Below, piece after piece: positions 48,735 through 57,037 of a stretch of DNA of 64,000 bases. How positions within the stretch are numbered: position 1 is the stretch's first letter; each line of letters begins with the position of its first letter. The stretch is from Nitrospira sp. (GTDB taxonomy: Bacteria; Nitrospirota; Nitrospiria; Nitrospirales; Nitrospiraceae): positions 1,281 through 65,280 of the forward strand of contig VGXE01000007.1 of assembly GCA_016873455.1 (NCBI GenBank), given 5' to 3'. Position numbers and translations under genes: made by a program. The notes under the pieces are model-generated. The model ran no database searches and was not told the DNA's origin. It was given only the letters and a program-made list of their open reading frames with translations.

Positions 48735-49775
48735 CTAGGCTGTGACCGGCTGTTTTGCTAATTCGTCTAGTTTGCGAGCCGCGGCTCCCCCTTCGAGGGT
48801 CGCACGTACCGCTGGGAAGCTGGCCGAAAGAGAAGAGCCCTTGCCCGAGGCATAGAGCAACATGGCGGCATTCATGAGCACCCAATCTTTTGGCCCCCCC
48901 TGGACCCGGTTTTGTAAGATGAGGCGCAGCAGTTCTGCCTCTTTGTCCCGCTGATCGGGAGGGAACCCGGCCATCTCGCGCGAGGGAACGAACCCGAGTC
49001 CGAAATCTTTCGGCGCCACGGCCAACGGCGTAATCCGTTCATCGCGTAGTTCCAGCGCTCTCGTCGCCATCGAGGCGGACAACTCCGGATCGCCTTCGAC
49101 CCCCCGAACAATCAATGCTCTAGCCGTGCCAAGCATACGCAACGCCTCGGCCGTCTTTTCGAAATAGGGCGGATGTGTCAAACCGACGATCTGCACCGGG
49201 GCCCGAGCGGGATTGAGCAGCCGGGCAATGGGATGAAAGACATTCCGCACACCCAACTCCTGCCGCAGTTCGAGAAACCGATATACCGGCGGATGGTAGA
49301 GGCCGATGTCCAGATACGCGAAGCCCTTCCGGTTCACCTCGTCGGCCACCTGCTTAGGATCGCCGTCCACCGAAATACCAAGAGCTTTCAACACCCCAGC
49401 GGCCCCGGGCCGTCCGGGAACACCGTCGTAGCCGTGCATCAGCACGGCGGCACCAGCCGCCGATGCGACGATGGCTGCAGCGACGATGGCGTGAAAGGTG
49501 TCCTGCTTGCCGGCATAGGTCGGAACATCCACCAGCGCCAACTCGCGCGACACCGCCAACGGCGGCACATAGTGGCGAGCCGCGGCCGTCAGCGCGGCCA
49601 ATTCAGTGACCGATTCGGTCTTGAACCGCATGGCGATCAGAAAGGCCCCGATTTGCGCCGGCGTCGCCTCTCCTTCGACCAAGGCCTTCATCACCTGCCG
49701 GCACTCCTCCCAGGTGAGGTCCTTGGACGCTTTGGGACCTTTGGCCACTTTGGCAAGAAGTTCGTGAAAAGCCAT
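48735..49775 (-). CDS. Glycosyltransferase family 3 (TrpD-like) protein with degenerate PRPP-binding loop
   Basis: TrpD-like N-terminal helical domain (TPAQIGAFLIAMRFKTES) and core. Where TrpD has GTGGD, it reads VPTYAGKQDTF. ATG 49775 lies 1 nt after the cysH stop. Confidence 0.7.
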   Translation of the reverse strand: MAFHELLAKVAKGPKASKDLTWEECRQVMKALVEGEATPAQIGAFLIAMRFKTESVTELAALTAAARHYVPPLAVSRELALVDVPTYAGKQDTFHAIVAAAIVASAAGAAVLMHGYDGVPGRPGAAGVLKALGISVDGDPKQVADEVNRKGFAYLDIGLYHPPVYRFLELRQELGVRNVFHPIARLLNPARAPVQIVGLTHPPYFEKTAEALRMLGTARALIVRGVEGDPELSASMATRALELRDERITPLAVAPKDFGLGFVPSREMAGFPPDQRDKEAELLRLILQNRVQGGPKDWVLMNAAMLLYASGKGSSLSASFPAVRATLEGGAAARKLDELAKQPVTA

Positions 49776-49776
49776 G

Positions 49777-50511
49777 TTACGCCTTGTGCAGACCGCACTC
49801 GGTCTTCGCACTACCCTGCCAGCGACCGGACCGGAGATCTTGCCCCGGCATCACAGGGTTTGTGCAATGGGTGCAGCCGATACTGGGATAGTTTCGATCG
49901 TGGAGCGGATTGTACGGGACTTCGTAGACCTTGATATAGGTCCACACATCCGCCCAAGTCCAGCGGGCCAAGGGGTTGATTTTCACCAGCCCGAATTTGG
50001 CATCCCATTCCATGAGCCCCGCGTTGGCCCTTGACGGAGCTTGATCCCGCCTGATCCCGGTGATCCACGCATCGTATCCTTGCAACACACGAGTCAACGG
50101 TTCGACCTTCCGCAGTTGGCAACACTGATCCGGGTCCTTCGACCACAAGGCCTCACCATAGCGGTGCGCCTGTTGATCCGGAGACAACAATGACTTGACC
50201 TGAATCACCTGCGCCGGCTTCAAGTCATATCGTTCAATGAGCCGGTCGCGAGTCGTATAGGTCTCGGGAAATAAGAAATCGGTATCGAGATAAAACAGCG
50301 GGACGGACGGATTGATCCGATGGATCATGTCGAGCAACACGATATCTTCCGCCCCGAAGCTGCACGCCAGCACGATCTTGGACGCGTACCGTTCCAATGC
50401 AACGGCTACTACGTCCTGCGGCTGCTTCGCTTCGAGCGACTCGCTCAGCGATTTCAGTTCGGCAATGAGCTCCTGCCCACCGTTCACGGCCATTGACCTC
50501 GCGCTCCTCAC
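49777..50511 (-). CDS. cysH: Assimilatory APS/PAPS reductase, Fe-S (APS reductase) type
   Basis: PAPS_reduct fold, C-terminal ECGLH. The CC pair (DQCCQLRKVEPL) and CTHC motif are characteristic of 4Fe-4S APS reductases. Alternative ATG at 50493. Confidence 0.88.
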   Translation of the reverse strand: MRSARSMAVNGGQELIAELKSLSESLEAKQPQDVVAVALERYASKIVLACSFGAEDIVLLDMIHRINPSVPLFYLDTDFLFPETYTTRDRLIERYDLKPAQVIQVKSLLSPDQQAHRYGEALWSKDPDQCCQLRKVEPLTRVLQGYDAWITGIRRDQAPSRANAGLMEWDAKFGLVKINPLARWTWADVWTYIKVYEVPYNPLHDRNYPSIGCTHCTNPVMPGQDLRSGRWQGSAKTECGLHKA

Positions 50512-52994
50512 TCCCCGACTTTTTCGACCAGCACGCGATAGTGCGTCGCCTCGGCCTCCAGTGCTTCTTGCACCAGGATCTTGTGTCCGTCGTTCTTCAA
50601 ACTCATCGGCACGTTCTTGATCGGCTCGCCGGCATCCAGCCAGACTTCTAGTTGCTCACCGGCATCCATCATTTCGAGTTTGAGCTTGGTTTTCACATAG
50701 TTCATCGGGCAGGCCACACCGCGCAGGTCGTACACCGGCGCAGCGGTTGGAGTCGGAGCCGCCGGCTTGGTCTCAATAGGTGCGGGGGCGGCAGGCGTTT
50801 CCGTTTCTTTCACAGCCGACAGCTTCAGATCCTTCCCCATCTGGTCCGTCGCCGTCCGGCAAGCATCGACAAATCCCTTCGCAAACAACATTTTCCCCCG
50901 TGCCGATTCCTCCGTCGTCTCCTTCGGGCCCAGGTCACCGACTTGTTGACTCAGCTGCCGGTACTTCGCAGGCACCACGCCCTTTTGCGCAATCCGGCTA
51001 TCGAATTCGATAAACGTTTCCGCGTCGGTCGACGGCTCGAGACCCTCCGTAACCAGCAGAGCTTTTGCCGCTGCCAACACCGCACGGTACGACTTGTTCA
51101 CGGAGACTGAGTATTGATGGTTTTCCACCAACAATTTGGCTTGATAGAGTTCCTGGTCGGCTTCGAGGATGCCGTTTTCGATCATCTCCAGCGCGCCGCC
51201 GGCGCACTCACCAGGGCCAAGATCCTCGAGGATAAATTCCTCTTCCCCTTCCCAGTCGTAATAAAACGTGGGGTCGGCCTCATAGGGCGGCACGATGGTG
51301 TAGGGAATCAATTCATCTTTCAGTTTGTTCTTGCCGACACGAGCGATGAAGCCCGGCAAGCCTTCGTTCGCCAGCCGGTCACGCCGATAGACATCGATCA
51401 GATGGGTGATCGCCGCCGGCACCGCTTTGGCCGGCAACTTGACCGTCATCTGTCCGATCTTAGCGGTCCCGTTCACGGATCCACCCAGGTGCAGTTCATA
51501 GTGCGGGGCAACATGGTCGCCCAGGCGTTTCCCCACGCCATGCAGTCCGATTGTGGAGATGTGATGCTGCGCACAGGAATTGTGGCAGCCACTGATTTTC
51601 ACATCGACACCCGCGAGATCTGCCGGCACCCGGCCAGCGGGAAAGACTTCCGCCAGTGCGCGCGCCAATCCCTTTGAGGACGTAATACCCAGACCACAGG
51701 TGTCCGTGCCGGGACAGGCGATGATGTCCTCGACGAGCTCGGCGCCGGGATCGGCCAAGCCTTGCGCGCCGAGGTCGCCATAGAGCGCTTCAATCTGCTG
51801 TTCAGGAATCCACCGGATGACAAGGTTCTGATTGATGGTCGTTCGGAGATTGCCGTTGGAGTAGCGCTCGGCCAAGTCTGCCACCGCCAACATCTGCTCC
51901 GCGGTGATGTCGCCCATAAAAAGCTTCAGCCCGGCCGTCACATAGCCCTCTTGCTTTTGCTGAATCACATTGGTGCGCTTCCACATCTGGAACGGCGTCT
52001 CCTGACCACCATGCGTTCCATTGCCATTCCCGGTCCCGTTGCCATAGACCGCGCCGTTGCGGAGCGGCATGATCAGAGCGGGCGGTTCATCCTGATGCGG
52101 GAGAAGCCGAATCGGCTCATGCTGGGGAAGCGCATGGCCCATGGCGGCATAGGCCGCCTCCCAACGCCGCTTGAATTCTTCAAAGCCCAGCTTGTCGATC
52201 ACGAATTTCATGCGGGCCTTGTTGCGATTCTTGCGGTTCCCCAAAGTATCGAACACCTTGATGACAGCCTCGATACTCGGGATCAGCTCGTCTATCGGTG
52301 TGAACTCCCGCAGCAGTTGCGCCACGCGCGGAGCGGACCCCAACCCACCGCCGGCCACCATGCGAAAGCCGATCACGCCATCGGCCCGTTTGACGGCCAG
52401 AAGCCCGATGTCGTGAATGGGAGTCAGCGCACAATCGTGCGCGCATCCCGACAGGGCGATCTTGAACTTGCGGGGCAAACTCTGACTCAGCGGGTTCCGC
52501 AACAGATGGTACGCCACCGTCTTGGCATAGGGGGTGACATCAAACACTTCCCCGCGGCAGACCCCGGCTAAATGACACGCCGTCACATTGCGCACCGTAT
52601 TCGCGCAGGCTTCCCTCGTCGTCAGTCCGACTTCAGCCAGTCCACGCATGATCGTCGGCACATCCTTGAGCTCGACAAAATGCAACTGGATATCTTGCCT
52701 GGTCGTCACATGACCCACGCCGGTCGCGTAACGATCGGCCAGTTCCGCCACTCGCCGGAGCTGATTGGCGGATATCCCACCGAATGGAATTTTGATCCGC
52801 ACCATTTGCACGCCGGCCTGCCGCTGCCCATAGATCCCATACTGCAAGCGGAACGGTCTGAAGAGATCCGACGAGACATCGCCGGAAACCAAGCGCAGGG
52901 CCTCGGCCTCAAACGTGTCGATCTCCTCGGCAATCGCCGGAGGGATCGGATGGGTTGCAATCGCTGGAACCGCGAGAGGCTGTGTCGGGCTCAT
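50508..52994 (-). CDS. sir: Ferredoxin-type assimilatory sulfite reductase (siroheme/4Fe-4S) with C-terminal helical domain, linker and TusA-like domain
   Basis: Duplicated NIR_SIR modules with the cluster Cys motifs CPGTDTCGLG and SGCHNSCAQHH. The last 75 aa, VYDLRGVACPMNYVKTKLKLEMMDAGEQLEVWLDAGEP, match the TusA/SirA fold signature. Confidence 0.88.
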   Translation of the reverse strand: MSPTQPLAVPAIATHPIPPAIAEEIDTFEAEALRLVSGDVSSDLFRPFRLQYGIYGQRQAGVQMVRIKIPFGGISANQLRRVAELADRYATGVGHVTTRQDIQLHFVELKDVPTIMRGLAEVGLTTREACANTVRNVTACHLAGVCRGEVFDVTPYAKTVAYHLLRNPLSQSLPRKFKIALSGCAHDCALTPIHDIGLLAVKRADGVIGFRMVAGGGLGSAPRVAQLLREFTPIDELIPSIEAVIKVFDTLGNRKNRNKARMKFVIDKLGFEEFKRRWEAAYAAMGHALPQHEPIRLLPHQDEPPALIMPLRNGAVYGNGTGNGNGTHGGQETPFQMWKRTNVIQQKQEGYVTAGLKLFMGDITAEQMLAVADLAERYSNGNLRTTINQNLVIRWIPEQQIEALYGDLGAQGLADPGAELVEDIIACPGTDTCGLGITSSKGLARALAEVFPAGRVPADLAGVDVKISGCHNSCAQHHISTIGLHGVGKRLGDHVAPHYELHLGGSVNGTAKIGQMTVKLPAKAVPAAITHLIDVYRRDRLANEGLPGFIARVGKNKLKDELIPYTIVPPYEADPTFYYDWEGEEEFILEDLGPGECAGGALEMIENGILEADQELYQAKLLVENHQYSVSVNKSYRAVLAAAKALLVTEGLEPSTDAETFIEFDSRIAQKGVVPAKYRQLSQQVGDLGPKETTEESARGKMLFAKGFVDACRTATDQMGKDLKLSAVKETETPAAPAPIETKPAAPTPTAAPVYDLRGVACPMNYVKTKLKLEMMDAGEQLEVWLDAGEPIKNVPMSLKNDGHKILVQEALEAEATHYRVLVEKVGE

Positions 52995-53054
52995 AGGCTC
53001 ATCTCCTTGCCTCCTCCAGCCAACTGTGGCGGAGGCACATGATTCAGAACGAGG

Positions 53055-53504
53055 TCAAATGTGATACATCGGGTTTCGGCGTTCTTCAATGGCCCGTTGG
53101 CGACCGGCCAATTCGTCGATCGTAATACGATTGAGCACCTCATGCTCAGCCTGTGCCACCTGCTTCCAGACCTGCCCCAACAGCAACTCTTGTTTGGGCA
53201 GAGGCCGGTCAAACGGCTGATCACCCTGAAACGCGCGATAAAATACCGGGCCTTCGAGCACTTCTAGGATATCGGCCACTGAAAGGGCCGACGGCTCCTT
53301 GCTCAACAAATAGCCCCCCTGCGCGCCGCGAAGACTTTCGACCAGCCCGGCTTTTTTCATTGAATGGAGAACTTGCTCCAGAAACCGAATGGGAATCGCT
53401 TGCCGCCTGGCAATGGCACGAGCTTGGACCGGCGCTTCTTTTCCATTCATGGCAAGATCGATAGCCGCCATAATTCCATACGTTGCGCGTTGAGACACTT
53501 TCAT
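53055..53504 (-). CDS. Rrf2 family transcriptional regulator
   Basis: MKVSQRATYGIMAAIDLA...IPIRFLEQVLHSMKKAGLVESLRGAQGGYLL winged-helix signature. No C-terminal Cys triad seen. Confidence 0.88.
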   Translation of the reverse strand: MKVSQRATYGIMAAIDLAMNGKEAPVQARAIARRQAIPIRFLEQVLHSMKKAGLVESLRGAQGGYLLSKEPSALSVADILEVLEGPVFYRAFQGDQPFDRPLPKQELLLGQVWKQVAQAEHEVLNRITIDELAGRQRAIEERRNPMYHI

Positions 53505-53512
53505 TCTTTATT

Positions 53513-53526
53513 ATTCCGGTAGGAAT
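53513..53526. promoter_or_regulatory. Palindrome ATTCC-GGTA-GGAAT just upstream of the rrf2 start (candidate operator)
   Basis: Perfect 5+5 inverted repeat 9 nt upstream of the Rrf2 start codon, in an A/T-rich stretch. Function is inferred only. Confidence 0.3.
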
Positions 53527-53873
53527 TGTGACTTATATACATCTTTTAAAATCATGCTGTCAAGCCAGCGGTACGGCCTGAGGGTTTGGCCCGAGATGAG
53601 GACCACAAGATACCCCTTCCATAAGCCGGCGGTCTTTCCCCATTGCACTCAGCGTTCATCCAGGAGACACCGTCGGAACGGACCGTCGGAATTCCACAGA
53701 TTCGGAATTCGTTCTCTTTCACAACTAGTTGTTCCATATCGCGAGTTCGAGAACGCAACGACGGGAAAGGCTTGTAGAGCGCACATCGGCAGCCTGTCTC
53801 AACAAAAATTCGATTGACATCATGGGCACCCTGGGCAATAATCCCACCCTCTTCTTCTTCGCGTGGTGCCTTC

Positions 53874-54467
53874 ATGTCGGTGCCTTCATCCGTATTTTCT
53901 GTTCTGCTCATGACAGCAGATGCAGGGGTACAGGAGCAGTTCAAACAAGCGTTTGGCGACACCTCCGTCACCGTGGCGCGAGATGCAGCGGGGCTCCGCA
54001 AAGAGGCGGCCAAGCATCACTACGATGCCGTGATCGTAGAATCTCGCAGTGCAACCGATGAGGCTCAGGCTTTGCGGGAACACATTGATCCATCACGAAC
54101 ATTAGTCATGACCGGATCACGCACGGTGTTGAAGAGGACCGCCAAGATATTCCAATCCTTGGATTCCCAGAATGGGTATGGACCGCGTCAGGGCAGGACA
54201 CGTGACCATTCTCTTGAAAGTTATCTGGAGTGCAAGATGGGCGAATTCGTGAAGGGCATGCGGAACGGCGCGGCCAAGAATCTATACCCCATGCTGATTT
54301 CCGCCGTGGAACGTCCCCTGATCACTTCCGCGCTCCGCGAAACACGCGGGAATCAGATTCAGGCAGCTGAGCTATTGGGATTGAACCGGAACACCTTGCG
54401 AAAAAAGATCGCCGGACTGCATATTCCGCTGAAGCAGCTCCGGGCAAAATCCGATCGTGCGGTGTAA
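53874..54467 (+). CDS. Fis-family HTH regulator with receiver-like N-terminal domain
   Basis: C-terminal NQIQAAELLGLNRNTLRKKI Fis-type HTH. The N-terminal alternating beta/alpha pattern (VLLMTAD...DAVIVE...LVMTG) resembles a receiver with Glu at the phospho-acceptor position. No AAA+ domain. Confidence 0.7.
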   Translation: MSVPSSVFSVLLMTADAGVQEQFKQAFGDTSVTVARDAAGLRKEAAKHHYDAVIVESRSATDEAQALREHIDPSRTLVMTGSRTVLKRTAKIFQSLDSQNGYGPRQGRTRDHSLESYLECKMGEFVKGMRNGAAKNLYPMLISAVERPLITSALRETRGNQIQAAELLGLNRNTLRKKIAGLHIPLKQLRAKSDRAV

Positions 54468-54547
54468 GGGTGTACGCCAGTGGCGTGCGAAGCGTCTGAT
54501 CAACCAAGAGTGACGTCTTCACCACTCACTGACAAGGAGGGGACTCG

Positions 54548-54820
54548 ATGACCAAGGAAGAACTCATTGCAAAGATGGCGGCGTCGGCGGGCATTACGAA
54601 AGTCGCCGCGGGCACCGCGCTCGAGGCATTCACCGGAGCCGTGACCACATCGCTGAGAAAGGGTCAGCGGGTCTCGCTCGTCAACTTCGGCACCTTTACC
54701 GTCTCCAAGCGCAAAGCTCGAATGGGGAGAAACCCCCGGACCGGCGAATCCTTGAAGATTCCGGCAACCAAGGTCCCGAAGTTTTCCGCCGGGAAAGAGC
54801 TGAAATCGGCGATCAAGTAA
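54548..54820 (+). CDS. hupB: HU family DNA-binding protein
   Basis: 90 aa. FGTFTVSKRKARMGRNPRTGESLKIPA arm motif. Confidence 0.93.
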   Translation: MTKEELIAKMAASAGITKVAAGTALEAFTGAVTTSLRKGQRVSLVNFGTFTVSKRKARMGRNPRTGESLKIPATKVPKFSAGKELKSAIK

Positions 54821-54943
54821 GCCTCGCGACACCCATTGGCACGAGAGAAGCCGGCCTTCGCTCGACTCACGGGGGAGGCTTGCTTCTCTTTGCTTTTCTT
54901 GACACTCTAGGCGGGCCTATATTAGCATGCCCACCCGGACGAT

Positions 54944-55018
54944 AGGCGCGTAGCTCAGGGGGAGAGCGCTACCTTGACACGGTAGAGGTCGACGGTTCAA
55001 GACCGTCCGCGCCTACCA
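54944..55018 (+). tRNA. tRNA-Val (anticodon GAC), CCA encoded
   Basis: Hand-folded: AGGCGCG/CGCGCCT acceptor, GCTC/GAGC D stem, CTACC/GGTAG anticodon stem, loop TTGACAC, GACGG/CCGTC T stem with TTCAAGA, A73, CCA. Confidence 0.93.
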
Positions 55019-55095
55019 CCTGGCCGAGGCATCCGTGCGCCTCTTGGAGGCGGGGTGCCTTTTGTCGTTTTTGCCGTGAGCAGTTGACCCAGCGC

Positions 55096-57024
55096 ATGAA
55101 AATCTCCGTACCAGACGGGCCTCAGCAAGACGTGCACACCGGCCAGACGGTGGGAGCCGCCCTGTCTGCCCTGGGTATTCCGCTCGGCTCGGACATCTTG
55201 GCAGCAAAAGTCAACGGAATGGTGGTGGACCTTTCGTGCCCCTTGTCGGAGGATGCGACAATCGAGCCGCTTCGGTTCGACAGTCTTGAAGGCCGTGACG
55301 TGTACCGCCACAGCAGCACCCACCTCATGGCACAAGCGGTCAAGGAACTCTTTCCCACCGCCCAGCTCACGATCGGACCGGCACTGGAGGACAGTTTCTA
55401 CTATGACTTCGCCTACGAGCGTCCGTTTACCCCTGAGGATCTGGAGAAAATCGAAGCGCGCGCTCGTGAGATCGCCGCACGCAAACTGACGATCACGCGG
55501 CGAGAACTTTCCAAAGCCGAAGCCATCGCGTTTTTTGCATCGCGAGGCGAACAGTACAAGGTCGAATTGATCGAGGGCTTTCCTGATGGCGAATCGATTT
55601 CCGCCTATGCCCAAGGCGATTTTGTCGATCTGTGCCGCGGCCCACACCTGCCCTCAACCGGCCATGTCGGCGCGTTCAAACTCCTCACGACCGCCGGTGC
55701 GTACTGGCGCGGAGACGAACGCAACCCGATGCTCCAGCGGATCTACGGCACATCGTTTCCGACCCAGGCCGAATTGGACGCGCACCTGGCCCGACTGGAA
55801 GAGATCAAGCGCCGTGATCATCGAAAAGTCGGAAAAGACCTGGATTTGATTTCCGTTCAGGACGACATCGGGCCTGGCCTGGTGCTCTGGCATCCCAAAG
55901 GCGCCGCCATTCGATTGCTGATCGAAAATTTCTGGCGCGAACAACATCTCAAGGACGGCTACGATCTGGTCTATTCGCCCCATGTCGCGCGCCTCGACCT
56001 CTGGAAAACCAGCGGGCACGTCGACTACTACCGCGAGAACATGTTCGCCTCGATGAAGTTAGAGGGCAGCGAGTATCAGCTCAAACCGATGAACTGCCCC
56101 TACCACATTATGATCTACAAGTCCCATCTTCGCAGTTATCGGGACTTACCGATCCGGTATGGAGAGCTCGGAACCGTCTACCGATACGAACGGACCGGCG
56201 TCTTGCATGGCTTACTGCGCGTGCGGGGGTTCACCCAGGACGACGCCCATTTGTTCTGCCGCCCCGACCAGATGGAAACAGAAGTCAGCCGCGTGCTCGA
56301 CTTCACCTTCTTTGTGTTGGGGACGTTCGGGTTCACCGAGTTCGAAGTGTTTCTCTCCACCAGGCCGAAAGAGTCGGTGGGCGCCGAGGAACATTGGACG
56401 CTGGCGACCAGCGCGCTGGAGGCGGCCATCAAGAGCCGACACATCGCCTATCAGCTGGACCCCGGCGGCGGCGCCTTCTATGGCCCGAAGATCGACATCA
56501 AGATCAAGGACGCGCTCGGCCGTTCCTGGCAATGCTCCACCATTCAAGTGGATTTCAACAACCCGGAGCGATTTGGTCTGAGCTACATCGGCGAGGATGG
56601 GAAGGCACACCAGCCCATCATGATCCATCGTGCCTTGATGGGATCCATCGAACGATTCTTTGGGATTCTGATCGAGCACTATGGCGGAGCCTTCCCCCTC
56701 TGGCTCGCCCCCGTGCAAGCAACGGTGATGAACATCACGGACAATCAGCGAGGCTATGTGGCGGAAGCCGTCGCGCAATTGAAAGCGGCCGGATTCCGGG
56801 CCGAAGCCGACCTGCGCAACGAGAAGATCGGCTTCAAGATCCGAGAAGCGGAGAAGGCCAAGGTGCCGTTCATGCTGGTCGCGGGGGACCGTGAAGTGCA
56901 AGGCGGAACCCTGTCGGTCAGAGGCCGGAGCGGGGCGAACCTTGGCAGCATGACGGTCGCCGGCGTCATCGACCTCTTACGCACCGAGGTCTCACGCCTC
57001 AGGCCAGACGTTCACCCTACATAA
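55096..57024 (+). CDS. thrS: Threonine--tRNA ligase
   Basis: TGS domain N-terminus, editing-domain HSSTHLMAQA, class II core (YRYERTGVLHGLLRVRGFTQDDAH), anticodon-binding C-terminus. ATG 55096; the ORF-track TTG is at 55084. Confidence 0.96.
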   Translation: MKISVPDGPQQDVHTGQTVGAALSALGIPLGSDILAAKVNGMVVDLSCPLSEDATIEPLRFDSLEGRDVYRHSSTHLMAQAVKELFPTAQLTIGPALEDSFYYDFAYERPFTPEDLEKIEARAREIAARKLTITRRELSKAEAIAFFASRGEQYKVELIEGFPDGESISAYAQGDFVDLCRGPHLPSTGHVGAFKLLTTAGAYWRGDERNPMLQRIYGTSFPTQAELDAHLARLEEIKRRDHRKVGKDLDLISVQDDIGPGLVLWHPKGAAIRLLIENFWREQHLKDGYDLVYSPHVARLDLWKTSGHVDYYRENMFASMKLEGSEYQLKPMNCPYHIMIYKSHLRSYRDLPIRYGELGTVYRYERTGVLHGLLRVRGFTQDDAHLFCRPDQMETEVSRVLDFTFFVLGTFGFTEFEVFLSTRPKESVGAEEHWTLATSALEAAIKSRHIAYQLDPGGGAFYGPKIDIKIKDALGRSWQCSTIQVDFNNPERFGLSYIGEDGKAHQPIMIHRALMGSIERFFGILIEHYGGAFPLWLAPVQATVMNITDNQRGYVAEAVAQLKAAGFRAEADLRNEKIGFKIREAEKAKVPFMLVAGDREVQGGTLSVRGRSGANLGSMTVAGVIDLLRTEVSRLRPDVHPT

Positions 57025-57037
57025 TAGGAGGTGGCTT

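Noticed and set aside
53552-54013. 153-aa minus-strand ORF and 110-aa plus-strand ORF across the rrf2/fis intergenic region
   Set aside because: They overlap the start of the well-supported Fis-type regulator. The translations are low-complexity with no motif, so they are probably spurious.
54899-54925. Sigma-70 promoter for tRNA-Val (TTGACA ... TATATT/TATTAG)
   Set aside because: The perfect TTGACA at 54899-54904 is followed by -10-like hexamers at only 13 or 15 nt spacing. The spacing is too poor to assert a promoter.
54997-55647. 216-aa minus-strand ORF
   Set aside because: It overlaps the 3' end of tRNA-Val and the 5' part of thrS on the opposite strand, and is Arg/Gly-rich. This is a shadow ORF.
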